DNA of 64,000 nt from contig CANRGD010000001.1 of NCBI GenBank assembly GCA_947630105.1, forward strand, positions 5,749 to 69,748, given 5' to 3'. Each line of letters opens with the position of its first letter. Positions within the stretch are counted from its first letter, which is position 1. The notes under the pieces were generated by a model. The model did not search any database and was not told the DNA's origin. It saw only the letters and a program-made list of their open reading frames with translations. This document shows, in pieces, positions 41,051 through 51,078 of the stretch. The stretch is from an uncultured Bacilli bacterium. Its GTDB lineage: Bacteria > Bacillota_I > Bacilli_A > RF39 > UBA660. Position numbers and translations under genes: made by a program.

Positions 41051-41350
41051 TTAAAACAAACCTGGTATATTACCAAATTTTCCCATTTTCTTCTCAGTTT
41101 CTTGATCAATTTTTTTGTTTGCATCATTAATAGCAACAACAATCATATCTTGTAACATTTCAACATCATCTGCATCAAGACGACCATTTTCAGCATTAAT
41201 TTCAACCTTTACAACTTCTTTTGTACCTTTAAGTGTAACTTTAACTAATGAACTTTCACCTACAAAAGTTGAATTATCAATTTCTTCTTTAACTTTTAAC
41301 ATATCTTTTTGTAAAGCTTGTGCTTGTTTTAACATAGCTTGCATATTCAT
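41051..41350 (-). CDS. ybaB: Nucleoid-associated protein YbaB/EbfC
   Basis: Start moved to the internal ATG at 41350 (MNMQAMLKQAQALQ...), which is preceded by an AAGGAGAG RBS. The caller's longer ORF would overlap dnaX. Confidence 0.85.
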   Translation of the reverse strand: MNMQAMLKQAQALQKDMLKVKEEIDNSTFVGESSLVKVTLKGTKEVVKVEINAENGRLDADDVEMLQDMIVVAINDANKKIDQETEKKMGKFGNIPGLF

Positions 41351-41366
41351 ATTCTTATCTCTCCTT

Positions 41367-43082
41367 TTAATCAATTTCCACAATATCACCAAATAGTTCA
41401 ATTGCATTACTATTTATTATACCATCAGTCTTATTTTCTTCCAAGACCTCTTCAGGCTCTTTCATGATTTCATATTGAATATTTTTTTTAACAGACTGAA
41501 TATATTTATCTCTTTCCAAATTCCATCTTTCATCAGAAATAATTGCAAATCTTTTATTTGAATTAGTAATTTTATTATAAACATCTTCAATTTTATTAAT
41601 TAAATTTAAATTTTGTTTCACAATAGAATCATAATCATAACTAATAATAAGATTATCAGGACTAACAGCTCTCACTTTTCCATCTAATAAAGTACATATA
41701 ATATACCCTATTTCTTGATCAAAAGTATAATCTTTTAATAATTCAAATTTATCTAATTCCAATTTTAATAATTTTTTATCCGCAAGAGTCAAAGTATTAT
41801 TTACTCTAGCATCAATAATTTCATTTATATTTAAAATTTTAGATTCTGAAATATCAGCCTTACTTTCAAATTTTAAATCTTTTAATATAACTTCTTCCTT
41901 TTTCATTAAAGATTCTTCATTATTAGTTTCAACTTTACTATCACTGTTTTCTATATTATTTGTTGAATTATCTGCATCTTTATTATTCATAGGTTTAATT
42001 TGCTTATCTTTTGAAATTATATTAATATTAGTATTTTCATTAATAAATTTTAACAACAAAATTTCCAAAAAAATTTTAATATTTTCACTTCTTTTTATAT
42101 CGAACATTTTTTCGTTTAAAAGAAATATTAAATTTTCAATAATATCAATAGAATAATTTATTTTTTTATTAGAAATATAATAATCCACAACAATATTTCT
42201 TAAATAATACATAACTTGATTAATAATTTGTATTAAATTTTTACCATTATTGTCATATTCTTCAATTTTTTTTAACACATTATAAATATCATAATCTAAA
42301 ATAAAATTACAAAACTTTTCAATTTCAACTTTAGTAATCATATAATTAAGTTCTGCAAAAAGATTTATATCAATTTTATTTTTTGAATAAGATACTAATT
42401 TATCAAGCACTCCTAAAGCATCACGTAATCCACCATCAGAAGATATTGCTATTTCATTAAGAACCTCATCATCAATTTCAATTTTTTCTTTTTCACAAAC
42501 AAATTTTAATCTCTTAACAATCATTTCATTTGAAATTCTTTTAAACGAAAAGCACTGACACCGAGAAATAATTGTTTCAGGAACTTTCTGAGGATCCGTA
42601 GTAGCTAAAATAAAAACTACATGATCTGGTGGTTCCTCTAAAGTCTTTAATAAAGCATTAAAAGCTCCAATAGAAAGCATATGAACTTCATCGATTATAT
42701 ATACTTTGTATTTTAATTCCGAAGGAACTAAAGAAATTTTATTTTTTAATTCTCTAATTTCATCAACACCATTATTAGAAGCTGCATCAATTTCAATAAT
42801 ATCAACACATTCTTTATCATAAGAAACTAAACAATTTTTACATTTTCCACAAGAAATTCCATCAGTTGAATCCAAACAATTTATACTCCTAGCAAAAATT
42901 TTTGATACAGTAGTTTTTCCTGTTCCACGAGGTCCAAAAAACATATATGCATGCGTAAAAGTTTTATTAATAATTGAATTTTTAAGTGTTGTAATAATAG
43001 AATTTTGTCCAACTACAGAATCAAAATCTAAAGGTCTATATTTTCTATATAAGGCATGATACATAAAGCACCTCCTAAACAA
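41367..43082 (-). CDS. dnaX: DNA polymerase III subunit gamma/tau
   Basis: GPRGTGKTT P-loop; zinc module CGKCKNC. Confidence 0.9.
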   Translation of the reverse strand: MFRRCFMYHALYRKYRPLDFDSVVGQNSIITTLKNSIINKTFTHAYMFFGPRGTGKTTVSKIFARSINCLDSTDGISCGKCKNCLVSYDKECVDIIEIDAASNNGVDEIRELKNKISLVPSELKYKVYIIDEVHMLSIGAFNALLKTLEEPPDHVVFILATTDPQKVPETIISRCQCFSFKRISNEMIVKRLKFVCEKEKIEIDDEVLNEIAISSDGGLRDALGVLDKLVSYSKNKIDINLFAELNYMITKVEIEKFCNFILDYDIYNVLKKIEEYDNNGKNLIQIINQVMYYLRNIVVDYYISNKKINYSIDIIENLIFLLNEKMFDIKRSENIKIFLEILLLKFINENTNINIISKDKQIKPMNNKDADNSTNNIENSDSKVETNNEESLMKKEEVILKDLKFESKADISESKILNINEIIDARVNNTLTLADKKLLKLELDKFELLKDYTFDQEIGYIICTLLDGKVRAVSPDNLIISYDYDSIVKQNLNLINKIEDVYNKITNSNKRFAIISDERWNLERDKYIQSVKKNIQYEIMKEPEEVLEENKTDGIINSNAIELFGDIVEID

Positions 43083-43098
43083 AATATATTATATCATA

Positions 43099-43554
43099 TT
43101 ATAAATTTTTATTTCTTTTTAATTTAAAAAAATTTTGTAATATTTTTGTACCTTTTTCAACATCTAAATTATTTATAAAATTAACTTTTTTATTATTTTT
43201 ATCAGCTTTAAAAATTTGCTTTAATATTACTTCATTATTAGAATCAGAATTTTTTAAAGCACAATAGACATTTGAAATTCGAGATTGTTTAATAGCACTA
43301 GCACACATAGGGCAAGGTTCTAGAGTTATATAAATATCACAATCATCTAATCTCCAATTTTTTAATAATAAAGATGCCTTTTTAATAGCAATTAATTCTG
43401 CATGATCACCTACAAAATTATTTATTTCTTTCATATTATGAGCTCGCGCTATTATTTTATTATCTTTTACAATAACTGCACCTATTGGAATTTCATTTAA
43501 TTCAAATGCTTTTTTTGCCTCTTTAAAAGCTTCATTCATAAATAATTTATTCAT
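43099..43554 (-). CDS. tadA: tRNA-specific adenosine-34 deaminase
   Basis: HAE...PCPMC deaminase zinc motifs. Start set to the ATG at 43554 with a GGAGG RBS. The caller's ORF begins at a TTG at 43611, and that extension would overlap the SRP RNA. Confidence 0.85.
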   Translation of the reverse strand: MNKLFMNEAFKEAKKAFELNEIPIGAVIVKDNKIIARAHNMKEINNFVGDHAELIAIKKASLLLKNWRLDDCDIYITLEPCPMCASAIKQSRISNVYCALKNSDSNNEVILKQIFKADKNNKKVNFINNLDVEKGTKILQNFFKLKRNKNL

Positions 43555-43562
43555 AAAACCTC

Positions 43563-43650
43563 CAAAAAAAAGTGCACATGAAAGTTTAATTTTAAGGCTG
43601 CTATTTTCCAATCCTGACCTAGTTCAATTTCTTTCATTGCACAAGCATAT
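43563..43650 (-). ncRNA. ffs: Small (4.5S-type) signal recognition particle RNA
   Basis: Minus-strand sequence ...GUGCAAUGAAAG AAAUUGAACUAGGUCAGGAUUGGAAAAUAGCAGCCUUAAAAUUAAA CUUUCAUGUGCAC UUUUUUUU. The closing helix GUGCAAUGAAAG/CUUUCAUGUGCAC flanks the conserved domain-IV motif GGUCAGG-N-GGAA-N-AGCAGCC (E. coli: GGUCAGGUCCGGAAGGAAGCAGCC), and a U-run terminator follows. Confidence 0.55.
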
Positions 43651-43748
43651 TTTATATTATTTTATTTATTTTGTAAACAAATAATTTTAATTTTTTGCAT
43701 ACTCTTTTTTTCAAAAAAAATTAAAAAATATTTATATTTATTAAATTT

Positions 43749-43762
43749 ATTTCCCGGGAAAT
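43749..43762. other. Noc-binding-site palindrome ATTTCCCGGGAAAT (perfect match to the B. subtilis NBS consensus)
   Basis: Exact 14-bp palindrome read directly from the sequence, 11 bp from a parS site. Confidence 0.6.
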
Positions 43763-43773
43763 AATTTATTATA

Positions 43774-43789
43774 TGTTTCACGTGAAACA
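43774..43789. other. parS site TGTTTCACGTGAAACA (perfect 16-bp ParB/Spo0J site)
   Basis: Exact match to the canonical Firmicute parS palindrome. Confidence 0.8.
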
Positions 43790-44272
43790 TTCAATTTTTT
43801 TACCTATTTATAATTAATAAAAATATACGACTAGTTATTTGCAGTAATATTAATTTCTCGTAATTGGTGCTAAACTTTTATAATGTAATATATCAATATA
43901 GTCATCAAAATTTTCTACATTTCATTAATATTATTCTGTTCTTTTTTTACAAAAACTCCATAAAAAATAAATACACGGTCTGGAAATATTTCAATATTTG
44001 TTAGTGTTTTTTTATAAACTTTCTTAAGATTTATACATTTTTAGACTATTTTTTACTATAAAATACTCTTTTTTTATATTTTTAGTGCAAAAACAATATA
44101 ATATTTATAATTAGCATGTTCTTATTTGATAAAGTATATTGTCATTCATTGGTATGACATTTTTTTATAATTGGCAAACAAATTTTACTAGTAAAAAAAA
44201 TTTTATTTTAGATTAATAACTAAAATTCTGTTGAACTATCAAAATATTGAAAAAATTTCCTAAAGAAAATAA

Positions 44273-44288
44273 TGTTTCACGTGAAACA
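44273..44288. other. parS site TGTTTCACGTGAAACA embedded in a perfect 38-bp palindrome (44262..44299)
   Basis: aaagaaaataatgtttcac|gtgaaacattattttcttt is perfectly self-complementary. Confidence 0.8.
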
Positions 44289-44464
44289 TTATTTTCTTTA
44301 TTGTAATTAAATCAGTTTATTAAGTTAAATCTTGAATTTTTAATTAATTTATTAATTTTTATTAAAATTTTATATTATAAAAAATTATTTACTCTTTAAT
44401 ATAAATATTTATTTAAACTCATGTTTATAAAATTATTTTCATTTTAAAAAAATAATTTAATATA

Positions 44465-44480
44465 TGTTTCACGTGAAACA
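44465..44480. other. parS site TGTTTCACGTGAAACA
   Basis: Exact match to canonical parS. Confidence 0.8.
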
Positions 44481-44554
44481 TTAAATATTTATTAACAAAA
44501 ATCATATAATATTTGCCTTTTTATATGCATTTATTTAAAATTTATAACAAAATT

Positions 44555-44568
44555 ATTTCCCGGGAAAT
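44555..44568. other. Noc-binding-site palindrome ATTTCCCGGGAAAT followed by a half-site repeat TTTGGGAAATAATT
   Basis: Exact 14-bp palindrome. A further degenerate copy, ATTTCCCAGAAAAT, lies at 44754..44767. Confidence 0.6.
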
Positions 44569-44821
44569 AATTTTTGGGAAATAATTGAAAATAAGTAACT
44601 TTCTTATAAGAAATAATAATAAAAAAATATTTATTACCAATAATTATATAAAATTTAATATATAAAAAAACATAATTATAAAATGATAGTTCATTAAAAA
44701 ACAAAAATATAATTTCAAACTTCAACATACAAATCAATAAAACTATAAAAATTATTTCCCAGAAAATAAATTTTAAAAAATATTTTTCCACAAATATCTT
44801 TTTATATAATGTATACACAAA

Positions 44822-44860
44822 AAAAGCAAAAAATTGTAAAATTTTTTGCTTTTTTATTAT
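44822..44860. terminator. Bidirectional rho-independent terminator downstream of gyrA
   Basis: Hairpin GCAAAAAATT-GTAA-AATTTTTTGC flanked by T/A runs on both strands. Confidence 0.5.
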
Positions 44861-44861
44861 T

Positions 44862-47300
44862 TTATTCTTCTACTTCTTTTTCATCTTTCTTTACTATAGT
44901 AACAGTAGAAACAAGTTGATTATCTTTCAGATTAATTAATCTTACACCTTGAGTTGCTCTCTTTAAAGTAGATATTTGATCTAAAGGCATTTTCATAAAT
45001 ACACCACTATTAGTTACCAATATAACATCTAACTCTTTTTCCACATCCCCTTTAAATGTTTTTAAACTAACCATAATACCATTTTTTTCGGTAATATTAT
45101 AAGCTTTTACTCCTTTGCTACCTCTATGAGTTAATCTATATTCATCAATCAAGCTCTTTTTTCCATAACCATTTTCAGTAACAATCAATACATATTGACC
45201 AGAATCAATAACCTCAGCACCTACCACAATACCATCTTCTAAATCAATACCCTTAACTCCAGAACTACTTCTACCCATAGCTCTAACTTCATTCTCATCA
45301 AATCTAACCATTCGACCATTACTAGAACCAATAATAATTTCATTTTTTCCACAGGTCTTTCTTACACTAATTAGCTCATCATTTTCTTTTAAAACAATAG
45401 CAATTTTACCACTTTTTCTTATGTTATCAAATTCCTCAATAGAAGTTCTTTTTACTATTCCATTTTTAGTAGCAAACATTAAATATTTTGTAAAATTATC
45501 ATCAGTTTTCAATTCTACTATCGAACTAATGTTTTCATTTTTATCTAAAGGTAACAAATTAATTATTGGTAATCCTTTAGATTGCCGAGAAAATTCAGGA
45601 ACCTCATATCCCTTCATTCTATATACCCTTCCTAAATTAGAGAAGAATAATATATAGTCATGAGTTTTCATAGAAACTAAATGTTCCACAAAATCCTCTT
45701 CATTAGTAGACATTCCCTTAATTCCAACTCCACCCCTATTTTGAGTACGATATGTATCACTACGTAATCTCTTTATATATCCATTATTTGTTAAAGTAAT
45801 TATTATATCCTCTTCAGGTATTAAAGATTCATCTTCAATATATTCAATAGCTGTCATATCAATATTTGTTCTTCTTTCATCAGCATATTTTGACTTAATT
45901 TCTAAAAGCTCATTTTTTATAACTTCTAAAACTTTTTGATCACTAGCTAAAATTGCTTTCAAATCAGCAATAGTCTTTAACAAATCAGCTAATTCATTTT
46001 CAATTTTTTCTCTTTCTAAACCAGTTAAACGACGTAATCTCATCTCTAAAATAGCATTAGCTTGAATTTCAGTTAATTTAAAATTACTCATCAAACCAGC
46101 TCGAGCTTCTTCATCAGACTCCGAACCACGAATTAATTTAATAACAGCATCAATATTATCTAAAGCAATTTTTAATCCTTCTAAAATATGAACACGTTTT
46201 TCAGCAACATCTAAATCAAATTTTGTTCTTCTAATAATAACTTCTTTTTGAAATTCAACATATTTAGAAATTATATCCTTTAGACCTAAAGTTTTAGGAA
46301 CACCTTGATCCAACATTAAAAATATAATTCCATAAGAAGTTTGAAAGGCAGTATGCTTATATAACTTATTCAAAACAACTTGAGCATTCGCATCCTTCTT
46401 TAAAGTTATCGTAATTTTTATACCATTTTTTAAATCAGAATGATAATCAGCAATTCCCTCAATTACCTTATTATGAACAAGTTCTGCAACTTTATTTTTT
46501 AATTCTAAAGTATTAACACCATATGGAACTTCATCAATAATAATATATTGCTTACCATTTTTTTCCTCAATTTGAGCTTTACTTCGAATTGTTATTGAAC
46601 CACGACCAGTTTCATATGCTTTTCTTATACCACTATTTCCAAGGATAATAGCTCCCGTAGGAAAATCAGGACCCTTTATATATTTCATTAATCCATCTAA
46701 ATCAATATCAGGATTATCAATATAAGCAACACATCCATCAATAACTTCCCCTAAATTATGGGGAGGAATATTAGTAGCCATACCAACCGCAATACCAGTA
46801 GTTCCATTAACTAAAATATTTGGAAATCTAGAAGGTAAAACCGTTGGCTCTTTCTCACTTTCATCAAAATTTGGAATAAAATCAACAGTATCTTTATTAA
46901 TATTTCTAAGTAATTCCAAAGAAATTTTTGATAATCTAGACTCAGTATATCTCATTGCAGCTGCACCATAACCTTCTATATTACCAAAATTTCCATGTCC
47001 ATCTATCAACATATACCTATAAGAAAAATCTTGAGCCATTCTTACCATAGCTTCATAAATAGAAGAATCACCATGTGGGTGAAAATTACCCATAACCTCT
47101 CCTACTGTTTTGGCACTTTTTCTATGTGGTTTATCAGGTGTATATCCCGATACAAACATTGAATATAAAATTCTTCGATGAACTGGTTTTAAACCATCCC
47201 TTAAATCCGGAATAGCACGTGCTGTAATTACACTCATAGAATAATCTAAGAATGAATCCTGTACCTCTTTAACAATATTATTTTTTTCTAATCTATCCAT
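44862..47300 (-). CDS. gyrA: DNA gyrase subunit A
   Basis: 812 aa; catalytic Tyr region, C-terminal beta-pinwheel repeats. Confidence 0.95.
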   Translation of the reverse strand: MDRLEKNNIVKEVQDSFLDYSMSVITARAIPDLRDGLKPVHRRILYSMFVSGYTPDKPHRKSAKTVGEVMGNFHPHGDSSIYEAMVRMAQDFSYRYMLIDGHGNFGNIEGYGAAAMRYTESRLSKISLELLRNINKDTVDFIPNFDESEKEPTVLPSRFPNILVNGTTGIAVGMATNIPPHNLGEVIDGCVAYIDNPDIDLDGLMKYIKGPDFPTGAIILGNSGIRKAYETGRGSITIRSKAQIEEKNGKQYIIIDEVPYGVNTLELKNKVAELVHNKVIEGIADYHSDLKNGIKITITLKKDANAQVVLNKLYKHTAFQTSYGIIFLMLDQGVPKTLGLKDIISKYVEFQKEVIIRRTKFDLDVAEKRVHILEGLKIALDNIDAVIKLIRGSESDEEARAGLMSNFKLTEIQANAILEMRLRRLTGLEREKIENELADLLKTIADLKAILASDQKVLEVIKNELLEIKSKYADERRTNIDMTAIEYIEDESLIPEEDIIITLTNNGYIKRLRSDTYRTQNRGGVGIKGMSTNEEDFVEHLVSMKTHDYILFFSNLGRVYRMKGYEVPEFSRQSKGLPIINLLPLDKNENISSIVELKTDDNFTKYLMFATKNGIVKRTSIEEFDNIRKSGKIAIVLKENDELISVRKTCGKNEIIIGSSNGRMVRFDENEVRAMGRSSSGVKGIDLEDGIVVGAEVIDSGQYVLIVTENGYGKKSLIDEYRLTHRGSKGVKAYNITEKNGIMVSLKTFKGDVEKELDVILVTNSGVFMKMPLDQISTLKRATQGVRLINLKDNQLVSTVTIVKKDEKEVEE

Positions 47301-47311
47301 CCTTAAACCTC

Positions 47312-49237
47312 CTAAACATCCAAATTAGCATAAGTTGCATTTTGCTCAATAAATTCTCTTCTTGGTTCTACTTCTTCACCCATTAATTTAGAGAAAATTT
47401 CATCTGCAGATATTGCATCTTCAACTGTAATTTTTCTTAAAACCCTTTGATTTATATCCATAGTAGTCTCATTCAACTCTTCCGCGTCCATCTCTCCTAG
47501 TCCTTTCATACGTGCTATTTCATAACGTACATTAGGTCCTAATGTTGCCAAATATTCATCTCTTTCAGCGTCATCCAAAACATATTTTCTTGTTTTTCCA
47601 TGAGTAATTCTATATAAAGGAGGTTGAGCAGCATATACATGTCCAGCTTCAACTATAGGCTTAAAAAATCTATAAAATAAAGTTAATAATAACACTCTAA
47701 TATGACTTCCATCAACATCAGCATCTGTCATAATAATAATTTTATGATAACGTAATTTTGATAAATCAAATTCTTCCCCAATACCAGTACCAAAAGCTGT
47801 AATAATAGTCCTAATTTCCTCATTAGATAAAGCCCTATCAAGTCTAGCTTTTTCCACATTTAATATTTTTCCTCGTAAAGGCAAAATAGCTTGAGTCATA
47901 CTATCTCGACCTTTAATTGCTGATCCTCCAGCAGAATCTCCTTCGACCAAAAAAATTTCACTTACAGTAGCATCTTTACTTTTACAATCAGATAATTTTC
48001 CATAAAAATTAGTAATATCTAAATCTCCTTTTCTTCTAGTAAGTTCACGAGCTTTTTTAGCCGCTACTCTTGCTCTACTAGCAGTCATAGATTTATCAAT
48101 TATAATTTTTGCTTGATCAGGATTTTCCATTAAAAATCTTTCTAAAGCTTCAGAAAATATTTTATCAGAAATAGTTCTTACTTCACTATTACCAAGTTTA
48201 GTTTTAGTTTGTCCTTCAAATTGAGGATTAGGATGTTTAATAGATATAATCATAGTTATACCTTCTCTAACATCATCACCAGTTAGAGGATCATCCTTTT
48301 CTTTTAACAATCCAGCATTTGTAGCATATTTATTTAAAATTCTAGTTAACGCCCTTCTTACACCATCTTCATGCGTACCACCTTCAGGTGTAGTAATATT
48401 ATTAACAAAAGAATAAATACTTGAATTATATGTTTCATTATATTGAAAAGCTACTTCAACTTTTATATCTTTATCTTCTCCATCTACATATACAATTGTT
48501 TCATGAATAGGATTTTTATTTTTATTCAACATCTGAACATACTCTATTATACCGCCTTCATAATAAAAAGAATCTTTTTTATCAGCTTCTCTATCATCAT
48601 AAAGACTTATTCTTAATCCTTTATTTAAAAAAGCTAATTCCTTTAATCTTGTTTTTAAAATTTCGTAATCATATACTGTAGTTTCTGTAAAAATATCATC
48701 ATCTGGAAGAAAATGAACAGTTGTACCAGTTCTATTAACATCACATTTATCAATAATTTTCAAATTATCTTCTGGATGACCACCTTTACTAAACCTCTGA
48801 TAATATACATTTCCATTTTTATAAACTTTTACTTCAAGCCAATCACTAAGAGCATTAACAACACTAGCTCCAACTCCATGTAATCCTCCAGATACTTTGT
48901 ATCCTCCTCCACCAAATTTTCCACCAGCATGCAAAACTGTATAAACTGTTTCTACTGTACTTTTACCAGTTTTTGGATGAATATCTACAGGAATTCCTCG
49001 TCCATCATCTTTTACTGTAATACTATTATCTTTACCAACAGTAACCTCAATATGTGTACAATACCCAGCCAAAGCCTCATCAATCGCATTATCAACAATT
49101 TCCCATACTAAATGATGAAGTCCTCTAGAACTAGTAGTACCTATGTACATTCCAGGTCTTTTTCTAACAGCTTCTAATCCTTCTAAAACTTGAATTGCTG
49201 AAGAATCATAAACTTTTTCTATTTTTTCATCGTTCAT
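47312..49237 (-). CDS. gyrB: DNA gyrase subunit B
   Basis: 641 aa; GHKL ATPase, Toprim motifs ([15 protein letters not shown]). Confidence 0.95.
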   Translation of the reverse strand: MNDEKIEKVYDSSAIQVLEGLEAVRKRPGMYIGTTSSRGLHHLVWEIVDNAIDEALAGYCTHIEVTVGKDNSITVKDDGRGIPVDIHPKTGKSTVETVYTVLHAGGKFGGGGYKVSGGLHGVGASVVNALSDWLEVKVYKNGNVYYQRFSKGGHPEDNLKIIDKCDVNRTGTTVHFLPDDDIFTETTVYDYEILKTRLKELAFLNKGLRISLYDDREADKKDSFYYEGGIIEYVQMLNKNKNPIHETIVYVDGEDKDIKVEVAFQYNETYNSSIYSFVNNITTPEGGTHEDGVRRALTRILNKYATNAGLLKEKDDPLTGDDVREGITMIISIKHPNPQFEGQTKTKLGNSEVRTISDKIFSEALERFLMENPDQAKIIIDKSMTASRARVAAKKARELTRRKGDLDITNFYGKLSDCKSKDATVSEIFLVEGDSAGGSAIKGRDSMTQAILPLRGKILNVEKARLDRALSNEEIRTIITAFGTGIGEEFDLSKLRYHKIIIMTDADVDGSHIRVLLLTLFYRFFKPIVEAGHVYAAQPPLYRITHGKTRKYVLDDAERDEYLATLGPNVRYEIARMKGLGEMDAEELNETTMDINQRVLRKITVEDAISADEIFSKLMGEEVEPRREFIEQNATYANLDV

Positions 49238-49241
49238 AACT

Positions 49242-50354
49242 TTACCTACTTTCTATCTCACCATTTTTAACTTCATAAATACATGCATTTTTTAAATTAC
49301 TTTTTCTGATATTTTTTAAATCTGTAGTTGTAATTATTGATTGAATTTCAAATTTATTTATTAAATTAAGTAATTTATTTCTTTTTGTTATATCAAGTTC
49401 ACTAAACATATCATCTAACAATAATAAAGGATAATCACCACACATATTTTTAAAAATATTAATTTCAGCTAATTTAAAAGCTATAATTGCTAATTTTTGC
49501 TGTCCTTGAGAACCATAAAATTTTAAATCATTACTTTTAAATTCAAAATAAAAATCATCTCTATGTGGACCATATATAGTCATACCATAATTTAATTCTT
49601 TTAAATAGTTTTTTTTAAATTTATGTTTCATTTTCTTTCGTATATTTTCATAATCATAATTATCTAATTCAATATTAGGTTGATAAATTATCTTTAATCC
49701 CTTTTCAAGGGCTATTTCATTAAAATAAAAATCAATATTTTCATTTATTAAATCAATATACTCTTTTCTTTTTTGATAAATAATAATAGCTTTTTCAATT
49801 AATTTATCAGTTATTATATCTAAATAATTAGTATCAGCAATACTATTATTAAAAAGGATTTTTAAATATTCATTTCTAGTTTTTAAAAGTTTATTATATT
49901 GATTATAAGTATTTAAATAACTTCTTGATAATTGGGATAATTGAATATTCAATAAATTTCTTCTAACATTAGGAGAACTTTTTATTATTTCTAAATCATC
50001 AGGAGTAAAAATAATAACATTCAAATTAGAAATATAATCAGCTATTTTTTTAATATTAGTATTATTTATTTTTAACTTTTTAGTTTCTTCATCTATTTCT
50101 ATTTCTAATTTAGAAATAATATTATTTCTTTTAATAACACCATTTATTCTACACTTTTTTTTATCAAATTTTATTATATTTGGACTATTACCTACTCTAT
50201 GAGATTTAGTTAATGCTAAAATTGTAATAGATTCTAATAAATTAGTTTTCCCTTGCGCATTATTTCCAATAAAAATATTCATTCCATTTCCGAATTTTAT
50301 ATTAATATTAGAATAATTTCTAAAATTAACCAGATTCAGCTTAGTAATTTTCAT
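49242..50354 (-). CDS. recF: DNA replication and repair protein RecF
   Basis: 370 aa; Walker [13 protein letters not shown]-like signature. Confidence 0.9.
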   Translation of the reverse strand: MKITKLNLVNFRNYSNINIKFGNGMNIFIGNNAQGKTNLLESITILALTKSHRVGNSPNIIKFDKKKCRINGVIKRNNIISKLEIEIDEETKKLKINNTNIKKIADYISNLNVIIFTPDDLEIIKSSPNVRRNLLNIQLSQLSRSYLNTYNQYNKLLKTRNEYLKILFNNSIADTNYLDIITDKLIEKAIIIYQKRKEYIDLINENIDFYFNEIALEKGLKIIYQPNIELDNYDYENIRKKMKHKFKKNYLKELNYGMTIYGPHRDDFYFEFKSNDLKFYGSQGQQKLAIIAFKLAEINIFKNMCGDYPLLLLDDMFSELDITKRNKLLNLINKFEIQSIITTTDLKNIRKSNLKNACIYEVKNGEIESR

Positions 50355-50481
50355 TTAAATCCCGTTAAAAGACACATAAACCTCACCTATTCCCTAATTG
50401 ATATTTCTATATATACATATCAATTATAACACAAACAAGCCTAAAAAGCACAAAAAAATAGTCTTTTAGACTATTTTTAAT

Positions 50482-50928
50482 TTATAGATTTTTTCTTTTT
50501 CGTAAAACAAAATCTAATCTTGAAGCTCTAGCAACTTGATTTTCAACAGTTCTATAAGAACAAGGTACAATTAATTCAATATTATTATCAAAAATAATCT
50601 TAGTATTAAAAGAATCTATTTTTATAAACTTTTTCAATCTTTTTAATGAAATCCATACACAATCTTCTGCTAATGGAGAAGTCGTTGGAAAGACAATTAA
50701 ATTATTAGTATCTTCTATTAATATAGGAACTTTATACTCAGCTCCTAAAATATCCCTTGCCCCCTCTTTTCTACCATTATAAGAACTACCAAAATATTTA
50801 CAACTTTCTTCCATAATTTTAAATGGAGACTCTTCAATAATATACCTCTCTTCATCCTCATAGACTAAACTTGTAGCATTTTCATTAGGTACAATTGCTA
50901 ATGTACCATTACTAATTTCATATTTCAT
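50482..50928 (-). CDS. comK: ComK-family transcription factor homologue
   Basis: 148 aa; YEISNGTLAIVPNE, SCKYFGSSYNGRKEGA, KVPILIEDTNNLIVFPTTS, CVWISLKRLKKF and LIVPCSYRTVENQVARASRL align block-by-block with B. subtilis ComK. Confidence 0.7.
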   Translation of the reverse strand: MKYEISNGTLAIVPNENATSLVYEDEERYIIEESPFKIMEESCKYFGSSYNGRKEGARDILGAEYKVPILIEDTNNLIVFPTTSPLAEDCVWISLKRLKKFIKIDSFNTKIIFDNNIELIVPCSYRTVENQVARASRLDFVLRKRKNL

Positions 50929-51078
50929 ATTTTTCCCCCTCTGAAAGCGAAATTACACGCTTTCACTTCTAATATTATCAAATTTAAAAGTCTAAATTTG
51001 TCGATTTTTGACATATTTATTAACTTTCTATATAAATTTTACTCAAAAAAATATATTTTCCATAAAAAAAGAACTTTT

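Noticed and set aside
41351-41407. Longer YbaB start (MQLNYLVILW...) overlapping dnaX
   Set aside because: The internal ATG with an AAGGAGAG RBS gives the conserved YbaB N-terminus (MNMQAMLKQAQ) and removes the overlap with dnaX.
43555-43611. TTG-initiated N-terminal extension of tadA
   Set aside because: It overlaps the SRP RNA hairpin and terminator. An in-frame ATG with a GGAGG RBS at 43554 gives a canonical TadA length.
44531-44818. 95-aa minus-strand ORF inside the parS/NBS noncoding tract
   Set aside because: It is an extremely low-complexity F/I/K/Y-rich translation of AT-rich DNA with no RBS or homology. The region is better explained as a protein-binding-site array.
43651-44861. 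Possibility that the 1.2 kb noncoding tract is a CRISPR array or a decayed rRNA operon
   Set aside because: There is no regular repeat-spacer periodicity: the palindromes fall into two different families at irregular spacing. There are also no GC-rich rRNA/tRNA-like segments. The motifs match the parS and NBS consensus exactly.
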